Shown here piece by piece: positions 9,452-19,447 of a stretch of DNA of 64,000 nucleotides (position 1 is its first letter; each line of letters begins with the position of its first letter). The position numbers and the translations under genes were made by a program. The notes beneath the pieces were generated by a model. The model searched no databases and was not told the DNA's origin. It saw nothing but the letters and a program-made list of their open reading frames with translations. This DNA is from a bacterium. Its GTDB lineage: Bacteria > Electryoneota > Electryoneia > Electryoneales > Electryoneaceae. Where the stretch lies: NCBI GenBank assembly GCA_963669175.1, contig OY769902.1:128001-192000 (forward strand), written 5' to 3'.

Positions 9452-12400
9452 ATGAAGCAGCGAGTATTCAACATGCCTGGATCATGCGTACAGGATGAAC
9501 TTTGGTGTGCGCGCTCGCCTGAAGTGTGCGACAAGCAGGTCGCACAGAATCGGCGCGAGGAGAAGCGGTATGTTGTCTCCATGCAAGCGGGAATCTATCG
9601 CCCGCTCCTTCCGGTTGTCCTTCTTTTGTTCTGCCTGGTTTTCCCCCTTTGGGCCGAGACATATGTTTCCGGTGAAGTCAGCGGCGTCTGGGATACGGAC
9701 GGCAGCCCGTATATCGTGGAAGACGATATTCGGATTATGGAATACGACACCCTCCGGATTGAACCTGGTGTGACTGTCGAATTTGCCGATCAGGATCAGG
9801 ACAATCGCACACCTGTGTATGTCTACGGCGCCTTGTTGGCGCTTGGTGAAGAAGGCGACTCAATTCTCTTCTCCTCGCCAGGTGCCGGATTTGGCGGATT
9901 CATCCTCAATCCGGAAGACGACCAGTTTACCTCCCCACGACTTTGTTTATCCTATTGCGTTGTAGATTCCGCTTATACTGGTATCCAAAGCTATAATGGA
10001 AGAATCAGCCTGTCAAACAGTCGTTTCTTCATTTCCGGGATATATGCCTATGATAATGAGGATGGGCAAGATTCGCTGCAATGGACAGGTTTTTGGGATC
10101 CTGACGGACAGCACGGGAACTCCATTTCTATCCGCTCATCGAGTTCGATCAGGATTAATGGTAACTACAATTCATTAACCAGTATGAATCTTCAATATTC
10201 AAATGTTGTCTATATATCACAAAGCAATATTAATGATATATCGTTTTTATATTGTAGCGCGACTGTTGAAACATCAGAAATAAACATGATATCTCCACTT
10301 TCCACAAATTTAAGGCTATTCGACAGTTCTGTTTTGAATACCATTAGCTTCATGTTTGGAGGAACACATGAATTCCTCAGAAATAAGTTGCGGGGTTTGT
10401 ATTTCTACAATGTGAGTTCTGCTTCAATTCAAGATAACAGGTTCATCTATGGTGGCGCTTTTATAAGAACTTCTGGGGGGACTTTTGCCATTAATGGAAA
10501 CATATTGAATAACGCTATTTTGAATAATCATACGGAAGCGGAAGTAAGAAACAACACATTCCATTACAATGACAATGGCATTGTTGGTTCACACTGGGAG
10601 GACATTTCAATCAGTCAGAATATCTTTTTTGATGCTGACGATCCCAGCCCTGCCATTCGCCTTGTGGAAGGAGCCACTCCGGAAGCAATAGAATACAACT
10701 GTTTTTATGGCATGTCTGTAGCGACCGACGGCTGCGAATTGGGCGAGGGCAACATCACAGAAGATCCGCGCATGCGCGCCGGTGATCCGTATGACTATCG
10801 CCTACAAGCCAACAGCCCCTGCATCGACGCCGGTGATCCCGATAGCGACAACGACTCTGACGGCACCCCGGCCGACATCGGTGCGTGTTTCTACGATCAA
10901 TCTATCAACAATCCTCCCTGCTTAACCGTGCCCAAACTGGGCTATTTTCAGAACGGCGCTCGTTTTCAGTGCAGTGTCAGCGCAACGGATGATGACGGCC
11001 CAATCCTACTGACGCCGGGTTTGTTGCCGCAATGGCTGGCCATGGAAAGCAGCGAACTGGACTGGCTGGGCGACACGATTTCTTTCGAGGGAACCATCCC
11101 TTACCACCAGGACGATTGCAGCTTTGAAGTTTACGCGATTGACGGCGGCGGATTGTGTGATACGGCTGTTGTCACGGTTTCCATTGATCCCCGCGCAATC
11201 TTGCAGGGTGAAATTTTCGGCACCCTTGAAGCCGCGTATTCCCCTTACCTGGTGACAGATGATGTGATTGTCCCTGATGGTGAAACTTTGACTATTGAAC
11301 CTGGAGTGACGATCGAATTCCTTTCTGAATTGAATCCTGACCACTATTTAACCATGACGGTGTACGGGAACTTGACCGCTTTAGGCGCTTCCACAGACAG
11401 TATCATTTTCACAGGCGATCGAGATGACACCCATGATGTTCTGTGGGGTGGTCTCATTTTACGGGAATTGGACGATATTTCACGTATGCGATATGTCCGA
11501 CTTGACCAGGCAGAACGAGGACTGGTCGTTGCAAGTGAATCACAATTAGTCATCAGGAATTCTTTCTTTACCGACAATCTGGATCAGTCCATATTTGCAA
11601 ATGATTCAGCATTACTTAGAGTTGACTCTTGTAGATTTATTGATCATGACAACACATTCTGTTTTATTAGGTCTAATTGTTCATTATTATCCTTGTCATA
11701 TTCTTATTTTTCCTCACCTAATGATGATTACGTCTTTTCGCACTTATATATATATAATTATTCATCATTAGATGCAAATAATAACACTTTTACAGATGGG
11801 GGCTATTGCTGTATAGATACACATAGTGAGTGTCAGATACTAAATAACACTTTTTTCTTTCTAGAATATGGTCTTGAATTAGTCAACGTATCAGGTGTTG
11901 TTGCTAACAATAAATTTCTACATTGTGGTGATCAAGGATATGGTGGTGCTATTTTGGTGTTTCCAGATTCATTGTCGATTATTAATAATATCTTTTTTTC
12001 CTGCCGTTCCGCTTTAAGGCTATTTAATTATATTGATTTTACTAATGCCCCTGTCATTTATAATAATATTTTCATGGAAAATAATATGCCTTTTGTTGCA
12101 CTTTATGATGAGATTGATTTACCTACTATTGCATATAACTCCCTATTTTGTAATGATACAATTTCTATTAACACAACGATTAATGATACTAATCTATTTT
12201 GTGACCCATTACTTTCGGATACTGTAAATTTTGCATTGCTTGAAGAGTCTCCTCTAATTGACTCTGGTCATCCTTCTTTTATTTATAACGATCATGATGG
12301 TTCACGTAATGATGTAGGATTATGGGGTGGGCCATATGCTGCCAATGCTGATCCGCCGGTCAATGAAAGCAAGGAAGACGCGACGGTATGCCCCACGGAG

Positions 12401-12673
12401 TTCAGTTTGGGAACATCGTATCCGAATCCGTTCAATCCAACTGTCACAATTCCTTATTCCCTTCCTCAACCTGAACATGTGACCATAGTCGTTTATAACG
12501 TGTTAGGGCAAAGAGTGGCTGGTTTGCTTGACGCCAGTAGCGAAGCCGGACATCATACCCTGATATGGCATGGCGTGTCCGATGCGGGCTTGCCCCTCGC
12601 TTCCGGCGTGTATTTTGTTACGATGAAAGCAGGTGATTTTTTCGATTCCAAGCGGATTGTACTGATGAGGTAG
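9452..12673 (+). CDS. Secreted parallel beta-helix repeat protein with T9SS-type C-terminal domain (start may be 9581)
   Basis: Signal peptide ending PLWA-E; two modules GSPY.V.DD...TL.IEPGV...N-rich repeats...SPCIDAG/SPLIDSG; Ig-like linker; YPNPFNP...SGVYF...IVLMR tail. Confidence 0.85.
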   Translation: MKQRVFNMPGSCVQDELWCARSPEVCDKQVAQNRREEKRYVVSMQAGIYRPLLPVVLLLFCLVFPLWAETYVSGEVSGVWDTDGSPYIVEDDIRIMEYDTLRIEPGVTVEFADQDQDNRTPVYVYGALLALGEEGDSILFSSPGAGFGGFILNPEDDQFTSPRLCLSYCVVDSAYTGIQSYNGRISLSNSRFFISGIYAYDNEDGQDSLQWTGFWDPDGQHGNSISIRSSSSIRINGNYNSLTSMNLQYSNVVYISQSNINDISFLYCSATVETSEINMISPLSTNLRLFDSSVLNTISFMFGGTHEFLRNKLRGLYFYNVSSASIQDNRFIYGGAFIRTSGGTFAINGNILNNAILNNHTEAEVRNNTFHYNDNGIVGSHWEDISISQNIFFDADDPSPAIRLVEGATPEAIEYNCFYGMSVATDGCELGEGNITEDPRMRAGDPYDYRLQANSPCIDAGDPDSDNDSDGTPADIGACFYDQSINNPPCLTVPKLGYFQNGARFQCSVSATDDDGPILLTPGLLPQWLAMESSELDWLGDTISFEGTIPYHQDDCSFEVYAIDGGGLCDTAVVTVSIDPRAILQGEIFGTLEAAYSPYLVTDDVIVPDGETLTIEPGVTIEFLSELNPDHYLTMTVYGNLTALGASTDSIIFTGDRDDTHDVLWGGLILRELDDISRMRYVRLDQAERGLVVASESQLVIRNSFFTDNLDQSIFANDSALLRVDSCRFIDHDNTFCFIRSNCSLLSLSYSYFSSPNDDYVFSHLYIYNYSSLDANNNTFTDGGYCCIDTHSECQILNNTFFFLEYGLELVNVSGVVANNKFLHCGDQGYGGAILVFPDSLSIINNIFFSCRSALRLFNYIDFTNAPVIYNNIFMENNMPFVALYDEIDLPTIAYNSLFCNDTISINTTINDTNLFCDPLLSDTVNFALLEESPLIDSGHPSFIYNDHDGSRNDVGLWGGPYAANADPPVNESKEDATVCPTEFSLGTSYPNPFNPTVTIPYSLPQPEHVTIVVYNVLGQRVAGLLDASSEAGHHTLIWHGVSDAGLPLASGVYFVTMKAGDFFDSKRIVLMR

Positions 12674-12824
12674 AGAGATTGCCAACCTTATGGCGTTTTG
12701 CTGTTTTGTGTGGGGCATCAATACTGTGATCACAGGACGAAACTTTCTGTCACGTCACCCCGGGAACGTTGCCGTCTAGCGTTGTCGTGATCTACTCGCC
12801 TGGACGATATTCTAGACCTGTCTC

Positions 12825-14567
12825 TTACTCACACCTTTTCAACCTGCTTTTCTCTTCCGGCGCCAGGTCCACCTTGTCAACCCAGCTCTTCAGATCCGGT
12901 TTCGCCTGAATCGCTTTCTCGATCATGGCCAAGCCTTCAGCCCTGCGGAAAACCATCAGGCTCTGCTCGCCTGCCAGAAACACGAGTTCCGGCGCGATGG
13001 GGCCTTTCTCGATGGCGACCAGTAACGCCTCAATCGCATGGACCGCGTTTCCATGAGCTGTATTGCTGAGTCCAAGTTCAATAGCGGCGTCCTGTTCCGC
13101 CCCGGCGGCATAGGCAACCTGGAACCATTCGACGGCGGTAAAAGGAAACGAGCGTGGTTTGGAGGTATGATAGTTGGGTTCGTAATCATGCCCGGCTGAA
13201 CGATACAAACGTCCCAACTCGAGGAAAAAGTGCGCTGAGTCCGGGCCGAAATGTTTCAACGCAGCAAGACACCGTTCACGATACTCCGGGGCTGCCTCCT
13301 CGCACCAGTCAATCCCAGCCTGGTACAAATCACGGACACGTTTGACTACTGAATCCGACACCTCCTCTTTTTGCTTTACGACTAATTGCAGGTAGCGAGC
13401 AAAATGAATCGCGAAACGCCAGTTGCCCGGATTCTGATCAAGGATGGTTTGAAACGTGCTTTCCAATTCAGTCGCACGATCAGACCAGAGCGCCTGTGAA
13501 AGTGTACTGATCCAGTAATACTCATCCTGTTTCAGATCGACCTCTTCGGATCCGGATGCCGCCCCTCCATTGGTTAAAAAATCTATATTCTTGAAGATTC
13601 GGTCACTCAGGTTCCGGGCAGAATCCGGCCAGCGTTGGCTGAAATAGAAATATGCCTGCGATTCAAAACGTCTGCGTTTTCCTACATCCCGTTTCAGCCT
13701 GTTGCCGATACTATCCGCGCATTTATCCAGGATCTCTTCCGCACGGTGTTTGTGGGTGTGTTTGGCCAGCACTTCACGTCTGCCACGTTCGGCAAACAGC
13801 CCCGCAAGTTCCGGTTGTTGCAGGTAATAGCGAATCTTGGCCAGCAGGGTCGGATGGGTATAGGTATCCAGGTGAACGCCCGGTTTGAACAGGTCGGTCA
13901 ACCCGTTGTCCGTGACTTCGGTCAGCAATAATGTGCCCGCGGCCATCGCCTCAAACACACGGAAATTCACCCCGGTGAAGAGATATTCATTGACCACCAG
14001 CCGAGAACGCGCGTAAATATCCGCAGCCTGACGATGAGTGAGACGTGTGGCCTTATCTGTCCCTCCGGCAACCTTGACCGTAAAATGCTCCTGAAGCGTA
14101 CGAAGCAGCGCTTCACGTCGCGGACGTCCTTCCACCACCCCCACAAAGCCGATATCATATTCTTTCTCACCGCTTGGCAACGGGTAATCCTGCGGATCAA
14201 TGGCGTACGGTAACCAGTGCGCATCAATCCCCTCTTCAGCAAGACGGGGCAGCGAATCCTTGAAGTCTACAAAAACACGGTCCATCAATTTCAGGTAATG
14301 ACGCAGCCAGAAATGGTTGAACGAGGAATCGAACGTATAAGCGGCAAGCGGGTAAGGGCAATTGGTGACACCACCGGGAAAAGGACGGCAGCCGAACAAC
14401 TCGAGTACAACCAGGTCAGGTTCAAATCCGGTATGGGACAGGATTGCCGGAATGGAGAAACCGATATGTTCTGCGGCAGTCTGCTGCGCAGTATACGCCA
14501 GAACCTTATGACCGAGTTGTTCGAATCCTTTGCGATACAGGGTACCGTTAAGGAGGAGTATGTTCAT
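12825..14567 (-). CDS. Glycosyltransferase (CgeB-like GT-B) with helical/TPR-like C-terminus
   Basis: YDIGFVG, NFRVFEAMAAG, GRREVLAKHTHKHRA motifs; Ala/Leu-rich helical C-terminal half. Confidence 0.8.
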   Translation of the reverse strand: MNILLLNGTLYRKGFEQLGHKVLAYTAQQTAAEHIGFSIPAILSHTGFEPDLVVLELFGCRPFPGGVTNCPYPLAAYTFDSSFNHFWLRHYLKLMDRVFVDFKDSLPRLAEEGIDAHWLPYAIDPQDYPLPSGEKEYDIGFVGVVEGRPRREALLRTLQEHFTVKVAGGTDKATRLTHRQAADIYARSRLVVNEYLFTGVNFRVFEAMAAGTLLLTEVTDNGLTDLFKPGVHLDTYTHPTLLAKIRYYLQQPELAGLFAERGRREVLAKHTHKHRAEEILDKCADSIGNRLKRDVGKRRRFESQAYFYFSQRWPDSARNLSDRIFKNIDFLTNGGAASGSEEVDLKQDEYYWISTLSQALWSDRATELESTFQTILDQNPGNWRFAIHFARYLQLVVKQKEEVSDSVVKRVRDLYQAGIDWCEEAAPEYRERCLAALKHFGPDSAHFFLELGRLYRSAGHDYEPNYHTSKPRSFPFTAVEWFQVAYAAGAEQDAAIELGLSNTAHGNAVHAIEALLVAIEKGPIAPELVFLAGEQSLMVFRRAEGLAMIEKAIQAKPDLKSWVDKVDLAPEEKSRLKRCE

Positions 14568-14640
14568 GCCTTCTCCCTGACTTCACGTCAAGTTTCCAAG
14601 GTAGGAATAAGGCAAGCACATCGCCAATAGAAAGTTGCAG

Positions 14641-15999
14641 TTAGAAAGACGATTGGTATTGAGCAAACGCCTCATCCATGGCTTGTTTTAATTCATTTTC
14701 CGTGGTCCCGAATGCAACTGCAAAATCAAAAGCAAATGTGTTGCCATCTGTGATATGCTGTTCACCCAGGTTGTAGAATTCCAGGCTTCCAAGGTAATCA
14801 ACCTGCCAGGGCGAGCTCAGATCCGTGCTGTTACTCCTGGTCATTTTCTGCCAGCGATAGGCTTCCGCTTCTTCCTCACTTGCATTCATCAGGTTGGTAT
14901 AGGTATCGGCGATATGGCTTTCAGGTTCAATCCCCAGGGCGGACAAACCTATGTACTGCCCATCCTTGAAGAAGTACATCATATTTCGTTCATCATCCCA
15001 CCCAACCGTCTCATCACCATACTGGCCCAGGAGTTGAGGCGCTATTTCAAGGGATATGTAAGCGTCCAAATCGTTGCCGGTAATATTTTCACACTCGCAC
15101 GAGTAGATATAAAAATCCCCTTCTTCCCATGCACATCCACGTATCTGGCTGGTAATAGTCATGATTGGATACCCAGCCCAACGCCTCACCCGCCATTCTT
15201 CATCAGAATAGATACCCGGCTTTTCATACATGAGGTCGCCCTCATTACCATCATTTTTGTCGAAGACCAGCGTATCATTGATGCCGATATTTATCGTGAG
15301 CCAGTCAATGATACAATTGTACTCACTATCGAAGAAACGCAACCTGCCCCACTCGTTCAGGTTATAGACAACCTGCTTGTCAATCGTTTCCACACCGGGT
15401 TCAAGACCGAAATAAAGCTGGTTGTCTCCATATTCCACCAGGATTGTGCTTGTCCATGAAATGAATCCATCACAGGAGGCTGTGAAGGAATGGGTATCCA
15501 CGCTTACATCTTCTAAAGTAAATGCTCCATACATGTCCGTCACCACATCGCGCCCGTCATCACAGTGTATCGTCGCGCCCTGAATCCCTTCCTGTGTGTA
15601 CATGTGCCGCACGACACCGGTGACATCACCCTTGGAATAATCTCTTTCCAGAACCACATTGTGAGTATTCTCGCCGGGATAGATGCTCAGAGTATCCACG
15701 TCCACAGCAAAGTCATACGAGGAAACAGTCACGACATACGTACCAGAGGGTATACCTTCGATACTATACTCACCCATGGTATCCGTGGTATCCATGTACA
15801 CGGAATCAACAGAAACAATGGCTTCGGGAACCAAAGCGCCGGTAAAATGATTACAAACGGTTCCAGCCAGTGAACCTGTTCGGGTTGGATCAAGAATGTT
15901 GTCGGAAGTGTCCTCTTCGTCCTTGTCACAAGCGGCAAAAAAGATGCAGGAAAGAAGGATCATACTGCAAAGTGTGGTCAGTGCTCGTGTCAACCGCAT
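14641..15999 (-). CDS. Lipoprotein with two carboxypeptidase-regulatory-like domains
   Basis: Lipobox FAA-C followed by an acidic stretch; two repeats G.V....T.....A.....D.....TD..G.(Y/F)... Confidence 0.75.
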   Translation of the reverse strand: MRLTRALTTLCSMILLSCIFFAACDKDEEDTSDNILDPTRTGSLAGTVCNHFTGALVPEAIVSVDSVYMDTTDTMGEYSIEGIPSGTYVVTVSSYDFAVDVDTLSIYPGENTHNVVLERDYSKGDVTGVVRHMYTQEGIQGATIHCDDGRDVVTDMYGAFTLEDVSVDTHSFTASCDGFISWTSTILVEYGDNQLYFGLEPGVETIDKQVVYNLNEWGRLRFFDSEYNCIIDWLTINIGINDTLVFDKNDGNEGDLMYEKPGIYSDEEWRVRRWAGYPIMTITSQIRGCAWEEGDFYIYSCECENITGNDLDAYISLEIAPQLLGQYGDETVGWDDERNMMYFFKDGQYIGLSALGIEPESHIADTYTNLMNASEEEAEAYRWQKMTRSNSTDLSSPWQVDYLGSLEFYNLGEQHITDGNTFAFDFAVAFGTTENELKQAMDEAFAQYQSSF

Positions 16000-16244
16000 A
16001 TGCAGCCCCCTGGAAGTTTAAGTTGGAGTACAACTGGCATACAGACAATTTCTTTCAGAGCCTGTTATAAAATAGCTGTAGAAAACGGAATGGATCAAGA
16101 GAAATCAATTCAGGGATGAAAAAATATGCCAGAATACTGCCAATATTGTATACGTTGAAGTATAAAACCAATATCAGGTTGGGACGCATGGGCACGTAAA
16201 ATGGGGGTATAGGGGCATAATAAGAATTTGGCTTTGACTCATTT

Positions 16245-16423
16245 TGTATAGTTGTTATCGGTTTTATTCCGTCATAACGGAGATTTCCTGGAAGAGGGGA
16301 CGGGATTCTTTTCCTCACGCATATTCAGAATATTCCGGAAGCTTTCATGGAAAAGAAAACTGTCTCCTTTTCCGTGTAATTCCTGCCTGTTCTCAAAATA
16401 AAGGGCACAGGTACCTTTCCCGG
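16245..16423. repeat. Family C (AAAGGGGACAG-type) inverted-arm repeat
   Basis: Inverted arms at 16290-16314 and 16349-16373; the reverse complement of 16245-16315 resembles 19053-19120. Confidence 0.6.
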
Positions 16424-16455
16424 TTCATTTCTATAGTGAGTTTCCATGGCGATCA

Positions 16456-16531
16456 TGGACCGATATCCTCCTTGTGGACCGATATCCTCCTTGTGGACCG
16501 ATATCCTCCTTGTGGACCGGTATCAGTCTTG
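16456..16531. repeat. 19-bp tandem repeat, three exact units and one degenerate unit
   Basis: tggaccgatatcctccttg at 16456, 16475 and 16494; variant tggaccggtatcagtcttg at 16513. Confidence 0.95.
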
Positions 16532-16564
16532 TAGACCGTTGCACTTGAACCGCTATCCAATACT

Positions 16565-16772
16565 CTTAGCGGGCTTTAGCCTGCTCTTCTTAGCACCCGG
16601 CTTCAGCCGGGGTGAAAAAATGCCAGCAATCATTATGAGCGCGCTTTAGCGTGCTTGCCTGGTACATGTCCCGATTCCTGAAAGCACCCTGAAGGGCACT
16701 CCCATTTCTTTTTATTCTCATGAACACCCCGGCTGAAGCCGGGTGCTAAGAAGAGCCTGCTGAAGCAGGCTG
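16565..16772. repeat. REP-doublet (REPIN-like) inverted repeat
   Basis: Perfect 32-bp inverted repeat 16583-16614 / 16725-16756; each arm contains the hairpin ccggcttcagccgg / ccggctgaagccgg; further TTTA/TGAA-loop hairpins flank the arms. Confidence 0.85.
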
Positions 16773-17003
16773 ATTATTTCTTTCGAATAAGTAAATCCAG
16801 CGGAACCACTATGATGAAAGAAAAGATTGAAAAATTGTACACGCTTAACCATACAGCCTTTCCATCAAGCCTCCCAATGAAGAAGACATACGCACAAACC
16901 TTCTTTTTGAGTTCTCCCCACAAGAATTAATGTCTTTGGCTATTTCGTACTTATTGACTATTTAGGGTTTAGATAAAATAGCGTTCTAAATTTATGCTAC
17001 TCT

Positions 17004-18794
17004 TTACTTTACCAGAACCAACCGTTGTACGGATGTATGATACGGTGTATTCATACGTACAAAATAAATCCCTGATGATAATTCTTCTCCATGAAACGCC
17101 ACCAGATGCTCGCCCGCTGCAAACGGCCTGTCACACAGGATTGCGGCCTCGCGTCCAAGACGGTCATATACTTTTACCTCAACCTGTACGGAACGGGGCA
17201 GGCTGAAGCGGATTGTCGTGCTCGCGTTAAACGGGTTCGGCCAGGCGGGGTGAAGTGTCGGCATATTTGGGATTTGCGCATTTCCTGAAGATGCCACAAC
17301 CACCTCTGTGGGCTCATAGGTTATTGTAAACAGGCCACCCGTTCCAGCCTCAAGCGTCAGCTCACGATTGTCCGCAGTAAACGCCGTGTATTCTTCACCG
17401 TCATGGGTAACTGCACCGATTCGCAGGTAATTGTCCTGTATCGCCAGCGGAGTCATTTTCAAGGTCCGTGCCGTGTCAGCCGTTTCAAATTCATAATACA
17501 GTGTTACCGGCCTGTGTTGCAGAAACAGGTTGCCATACAGGTAGATATAGTAGCCGGTTTCAATGGAATGGTATCCCGCCTTCCCCGAACCGCCCTTATT
17601 CAATCCCCATGTTTCTTCTCCGCGACGGGTACGGTTTTCATAGACATCCCCGTATTCGTGGTCCACGAAATATTGCATGAAAAACCGGGCGCTTTCATCG
17701 GCCATGGTCAGCAGGTCATTGTCTGCCAGTGGTTCATGCAGCATGAGTCCGGCAGTAATGGCCTGTTCCATCTGCCACCAGGCTTTCGCGGTGTCCGGGT
17801 TGCCCCACATCAGCATCTCCCCGGTCAGACGGTTATAATCTTTATATGGTCCACCGAAATCATGATCATAGCCGTTATCCCAAACCTCACGATAAAGGGT
17901 TTCTGCCGGTGTGAGCAGGGACTCATTGCCTGTTATCCGGTAAACCCGTCCCAGGCACCACGCCGCTTTCAGCACATGCCCCATGATGGTCATGGTCTCG
18001 CCTGTATCGATATTCCAGTCCGAATCGTATTCCTCGGCAAAACCGATCGCCTGTTCGTCCATGCTGCCGACCAGGTGTGTTTCGATCTGGTCCGCCATTG
18101 CGTTCATACGATGCAGGTACAGCGAATCCCCGGTCAGCAGGTAGAGGTACATCACGTGGGTGGTTATAGCATCTACGGTAGCATTGAAGCTCTTATCCCA
18201 GGCGCCGCTGCCCGTCCGGCTTGAAGCGTCGTAGTAGCCCTCAAGCCCTTCACGGTCATCCCAGTAAACAGCCTCAAGGTTATCCCATCCCTGCTGGATG
18301 ACGTCCCAGGCGTCAGAGCTGCGTGTTGCTTCGTAATAGGCAACCGGCCCCAGCAAACCATAGTGCTGGTTGAAGGCGGACTTGTTTTCGTTGATGTTTT
18401 CCGGGCTGCCGTCCTCGTTGAGGTTGCCGTACCAACCGCCATACGTATCGTCCCAGGCATGATCAGCCATCCAGTCCAGCGCATCCTCCGCCTGTTGCAG
18501 GTATGCCACTTCACCGGTGAGCATGAAGGCGCGTACCAATCCATAGGCGTTGCGTGTCTGGGAAATTATATGCTTGTTCGTGCCCCAGTTCGTGATCACA
18601 TTGCCGTAACGGTCAATATTTGAGTAAAATCCGCCCTGGTCATCATCCCAGGCACTTTCCCAGAACTGCGCACAACTGTCCACATAGGAAATCGCCAGGT
18701 CCGGGTTAAGCAGGTAAGGACACTGAACCTGCGCCAACGTAGGAACGGCTGTAAGAAAAACACCCAACAGAACAACACTTTTCACATGCTTCAT
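17004..18794 (-). CDS. Secreted AGE-family (N-acylglucosamine/cellobiose 2-epimerase-like) protein with T9SS-type C-terminal domain
   Basis: Signal peptide MKHVK...PTLA; WDDDQGGFY, QTRNAY, GHVLKAAW, WWQMEQA, KAGYHS; WPNPFN...SSGIYF...LVLVK tail. Confidence 0.85.
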   Translation of the reverse strand: MKHVKSVVLLGVFLTAVPTLAQVQCPYLLNPDLAISYVDSCAQFWESAWDDDQGGFYSNIDRYGNVITNWGTNKHIISQTRNAYGLVRAFMLTGEVAYLQQAEDALDWMADHAWDDTYGGWYGNLNEDGSPENINENKSAFNQHYGLLGPVAYYEATRSSDAWDVIQQGWDNLEAVYWDDREGLEGYYDASSRTGSGAWDKSFNATVDAITTHVMYLYLLTGDSLYLHRMNAMADQIETHLVGSMDEQAIGFAEEYDSDWNIDTGETMTIMGHVLKAAWCLGRVYRITGNESLLTPAETLYREVWDNGYDHDFGGPYKDYNRLTGEMLMWGNPDTAKAWWQMEQAITAGLMLHEPLADNDLLTMADESARFFMQYFVDHEYGDVYENRTRRGEETWGLNKGGSGKAGYHSIETGYYIYLYGNLFLQHRPVTLYYEFETADTARTLKMTPLAIQDNYLRIGAVTHDGEEYTAFTADNRELTLEAGTGGLFTITYEPTEVVVASSGNAQIPNMPTLHPAWPNPFNASTTIRFSLPRSVQVEVKVYDRLGREAAILCDRPFAAGEHLVAFHGEELSSGIYFVRMNTPYHTSVQRLVLVK

Positions 18795-18974
18795 GCTCAC
18801 TTCTCCAGATCGGTTCATTACAAGTATACAACTCTCTGATCAGTAAAGGAACAGGACTATACAAACAGGCAATGCTCTGAAGTGACAAACCTCATCAGGT
18901 CTTATAGCGATTCCCATTATTATTCCGTCATGTGGTCATGTGCCAGATCAGTGAAAGGTCAACCATATGGTTGG

Positions 18975-19120
18975 AATAAAGGATAAGGATATGGAAAAAA
19001 GGGGACAGTTTCCTTTCCCTGGGGCAAAGCCTTCCCGCTGTGAGCATGGACCGGGAAAGGTGGCTGTCCCCTTTTCCCGGCAATCTTTATTATGTCGGAA
19101 TAAAATCGAGAACAGCAATA
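18975..19120. repeat. Family C inverted-arm repeat
   Basis: ggaaaaaaggggacagtttcctttccc (18993-19019) pairs imperfectly with gggaaaggtggctgtccccttttcc (19053-19077); the left arm recurs reversed at 49581-49620. Confidence 0.7.
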
Positions 19121-19144
19121 TCACGTTGTAACAGGTCTTTATCA

Positions 19145-19240
19145 TGTTGTGGCAGGTCTTGGCGCGAAAGTCAGTTTTATCGCGCTGTGACCTGCCACTT
19201 GCCTCTACACCTCCCCCCCGTCAGATCACAATGTGATACC
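19145..19240 (-). repeat. Family D palindromic element, short form
   Basis: Minus strand reads atcacattgtgatctgacg...GTGGCAGGTC-ACA-GCGCGA-12 nt-TCGCGC-CAA-GACCTGCCAC-aac; matches 42650-42803. Confidence 0.8.
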
Positions 19241-19447
19241 AGATCAGTTCGAAACGGCAGGGATACTTCCTTTGTCAAGTCCATTCTTTGAGACCCAACC
19301 TGAAATTAAACATCACATCAAGACCTGACGGAACTTGGGAATTAAGTGATTGATATCCGGCAGGGCAACGGGATTATCCTTTCTAATTGCCGCGCACCTG
19401 ATAAAACCTTACTTTCCATGCAAATGTTAGTCAACCACGGGGAGAAG

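Noticed and set aside
9452-12673. Diversity-generating retroelement as the cause of the variable cores
   Set aside because: No reverse transcriptase and no template/variable repeat pair differing only at adenines is visible in the window.
16456-16531. Possible CRISPR array
   Set aside because: The 19-bp units are contiguous with no spacers, and no cas genes are present.
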